Shown here: piece by piece, positions 15,193 to 16,463 of the stretch
Layout of the letters: every line of letters begins with the position of its first letter
Position numbering within the stretch: position 1 is the first letter of the stretch
DNA from: Candidatus Krumholzibacteriia bacterium
GTDB taxonomy: Bacteria; Krumholzibacteriota; Krumholzibacteriia; WVZY01
Direction of reading: 5' to 3'
Assembly: GCA_046754105.1 (NCBI GenBank)
Contig: JBHHVD010000073.1
Coordinates: 1 to 16,463, forward strand
DNA length: 16,463 nucleotides
Translations under genes and position numbers: made by a program
The notes under the pieces: model-generated
Seen by the model: the letters and a program-made list of their open reading frames with translations, nothing else
The model's database searches: none
What the model was told of the DNA's origin: nothing

Positions 15193-16374
15193 GTGAAGAC
15201 AACTTACCTGACTCATCTCGAATGCGGCATGTGCGGGCAGGCGCACGACGCCGGCACCGTGTGGAACCTGTGCTCGAGCTGTGACAAACCGCTGCTGGCA
15301 CGCTACGACCTCGAGCGCGCGCGCCGCGAGCTGGACCGCGGCGACCTCGCCGGGCGGGTGCCGACCCTGTGGCGGTACGCGGAGTGGTTACCGGTAGCGG
15401 ATGCCGAGTGCCGGTTGACGCTTGGCGAGGGCTTCACCCCCCTGGCCAGGGCGCGGCGGCTCGGAAGCTCCCTCCACTTCGACGGTCTCTATATAAAGGA
15501 CGAGGGGCTGAATCCGACCGGCTCGTTCAAGGCGCGCGGGCTGGCATTGGCCGTATCACGCGCCCTCGAGTTGGGTATCCGGGCGCTCTCCATCCCGTCG
15601 GCCGGAAACGCCGCCGGCGCCATGAGCGCCTACGCCGCCGTGGCCGGTATCGAAGCGCACGTGTACATGCCGAGCGACGTGCCCCGGCCGTTCGTCGCCG
15701 AGTGCCGCGCGCTCGGCGCGGATGTCACGCTGATCGACGGTGTCATTACCGACTGCGGGCGGGCGGCCGCCGCGGACAACGAGAAGTTCCGGCGTTTCGA
15801 CCTCTCCACCCTCAAGGAGCCCTATCGGATCGAGGGCAAGAAGACCATGGGCTACGAGGTCGCCGAGCAGATGAACTGGATCCTGCCCGATGTCATCGTA
15901 TACCCCACCGGTGGCGGCACGGGGCTGATCGGCATGTGGAAGGCCTTCGCGGAGATGGAGGCGCTGGGTTGGATCGATTCGACGCGCCCGCGTATGGTCA
16001 CCGTGCAATCGGACGGGTGTGCGCCGATGGTGCGCGCCTTCGAGAACGGGAATGAGTTCGCCGCCCCGTGGGAGGACGCCCGCACCGTCGCCGACGGGCT
16101 GCGCGTGCCGGCGGCCGTGGGTGATTTCTTGATCCTGCGCGCGCTCCGCGAGAGCGGAGGTACGGCCGTCGCCGTATCCGATGCGGAAATGATCGACGCC
16201 TGCAACCTCATGGGCGAGACCGAAGGTATCTTCGCGGCACCGGAAGGTGGGGCAACACTCGCCGCCTTTTCGAAGCTTCGCAAGAGCGGGTGGATAAAGG
16301 ATGGGGAGAAGGTCGTTCTGTTCAACACGGGTAGCGGTCACAAGTATTCGTACCTGTGGGATGGAGATCGCTAG
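15193..16374 (+). CDS. thrC: Threonine synthase (PLP fold type II) with N-terminal Cys4 zinc ribbon
   Basis: ECGMC...CSSC; LTLGEGFTPL; KDEGLNPTGSFKARG (PLP lysine); SAGNA; EGKKTMGYE; YPTGGGTG; NTGSGHKY. GTG start with an AAGGA SD. Confidence 0.85.
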   Translation: MKTTYLTHLECGMCGQAHDAGTVWNLCSSCDKPLLARYDLERARRELDRGDLAGRVPTLWRYAEWLPVADAECRLTLGEGFTPLARARRLGSSLHFDGLYIKDEGLNPTGSFKARGLALAVSRALELGIRALSIPSAGNAAGAMSAYAAVAGIEAHVYMPSDVPRPFVAECRALGADVTLIDGVITDCGRAAAADNEKFRRFDLSTLKEPYRIEGKKTMGYEVAEQMNWILPDVIVYPTGGGTGLIGMWKAFAEMEALGWIDSTRPRMVTVQSDGCAPMVRAFENGNEFAAPWEDARTVADGLRVPAAVGDFLILRALRESGGTAVAVSDAEMIDACNLMGETEGIFAAPEGGATLAAFSKLRKSGWIKDGEKVVLFNTGSGHKYSYLWDGDR

Positions 16375-16463
16375 CCTCAATGCGTCAAAAGCATGTTTCG
16401 CGGAACACAGGCCGGGCGCGTAAGGACGGGGGTTGACGGCGAGTTCCGCAGCGCGCCGACCGC

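Noticed and set aside
14113..15246. N-terminal 378 aa extension of the 1074 aa track ORF
   Set aside because: It is the antisense shadow of the SDR gene plus the divergent promoter region. Aconitase similarity and a promoter support a start at 14112.
16375..16463. Region downstream of thrC
   Set aside because: No convincing terminator, RNA gene or ORF start in the 89 nt available.

Overview
GC-rich bacterial DNA. Two large secreted proteins end in a 'PNPFNP...WDG...SGxYF...TRK' FlgD/T9SS-like C-terminal domain, which suggests an FCB-superphylum organism such as Krumholzibacteriota, Latescibacterota or Eisenbacteria (inference). These two convergent genes (a 5'-truncated ~1000 aa protein and a 7-bladed FG-GAP integrin-alpha-like protein) flank a four-gene module at 3302-9126. 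On the - strand are a lipoprotein TPR-CHAT caspase-like protease with His/Cys dyad and an orphan lipoprotein. On the + strand are an unusual ECF-like sigma factor with an apparent second sigma4-like segment and a zf-HC2/TM/TPR anti-sigma factor. A bipartite motif TCGTAAT-N12/13-CCGTW occurs three times at gene boundaries of the module and is a candidate cognate promoter. The best candidate new system is a CRISPR-independent, trans-envelope 'caspase -> anti-sigma -> sigma' proteolytic signalling circuit. The right end is metabolic: a LeuD-LeuC-order fused aconitase-family hydratase, divergent from an SDR and a threonine synthase. I saw no RNA genes, CRISPR arrays or mobile-element enzymes. All calls are by eye, with no database searches.
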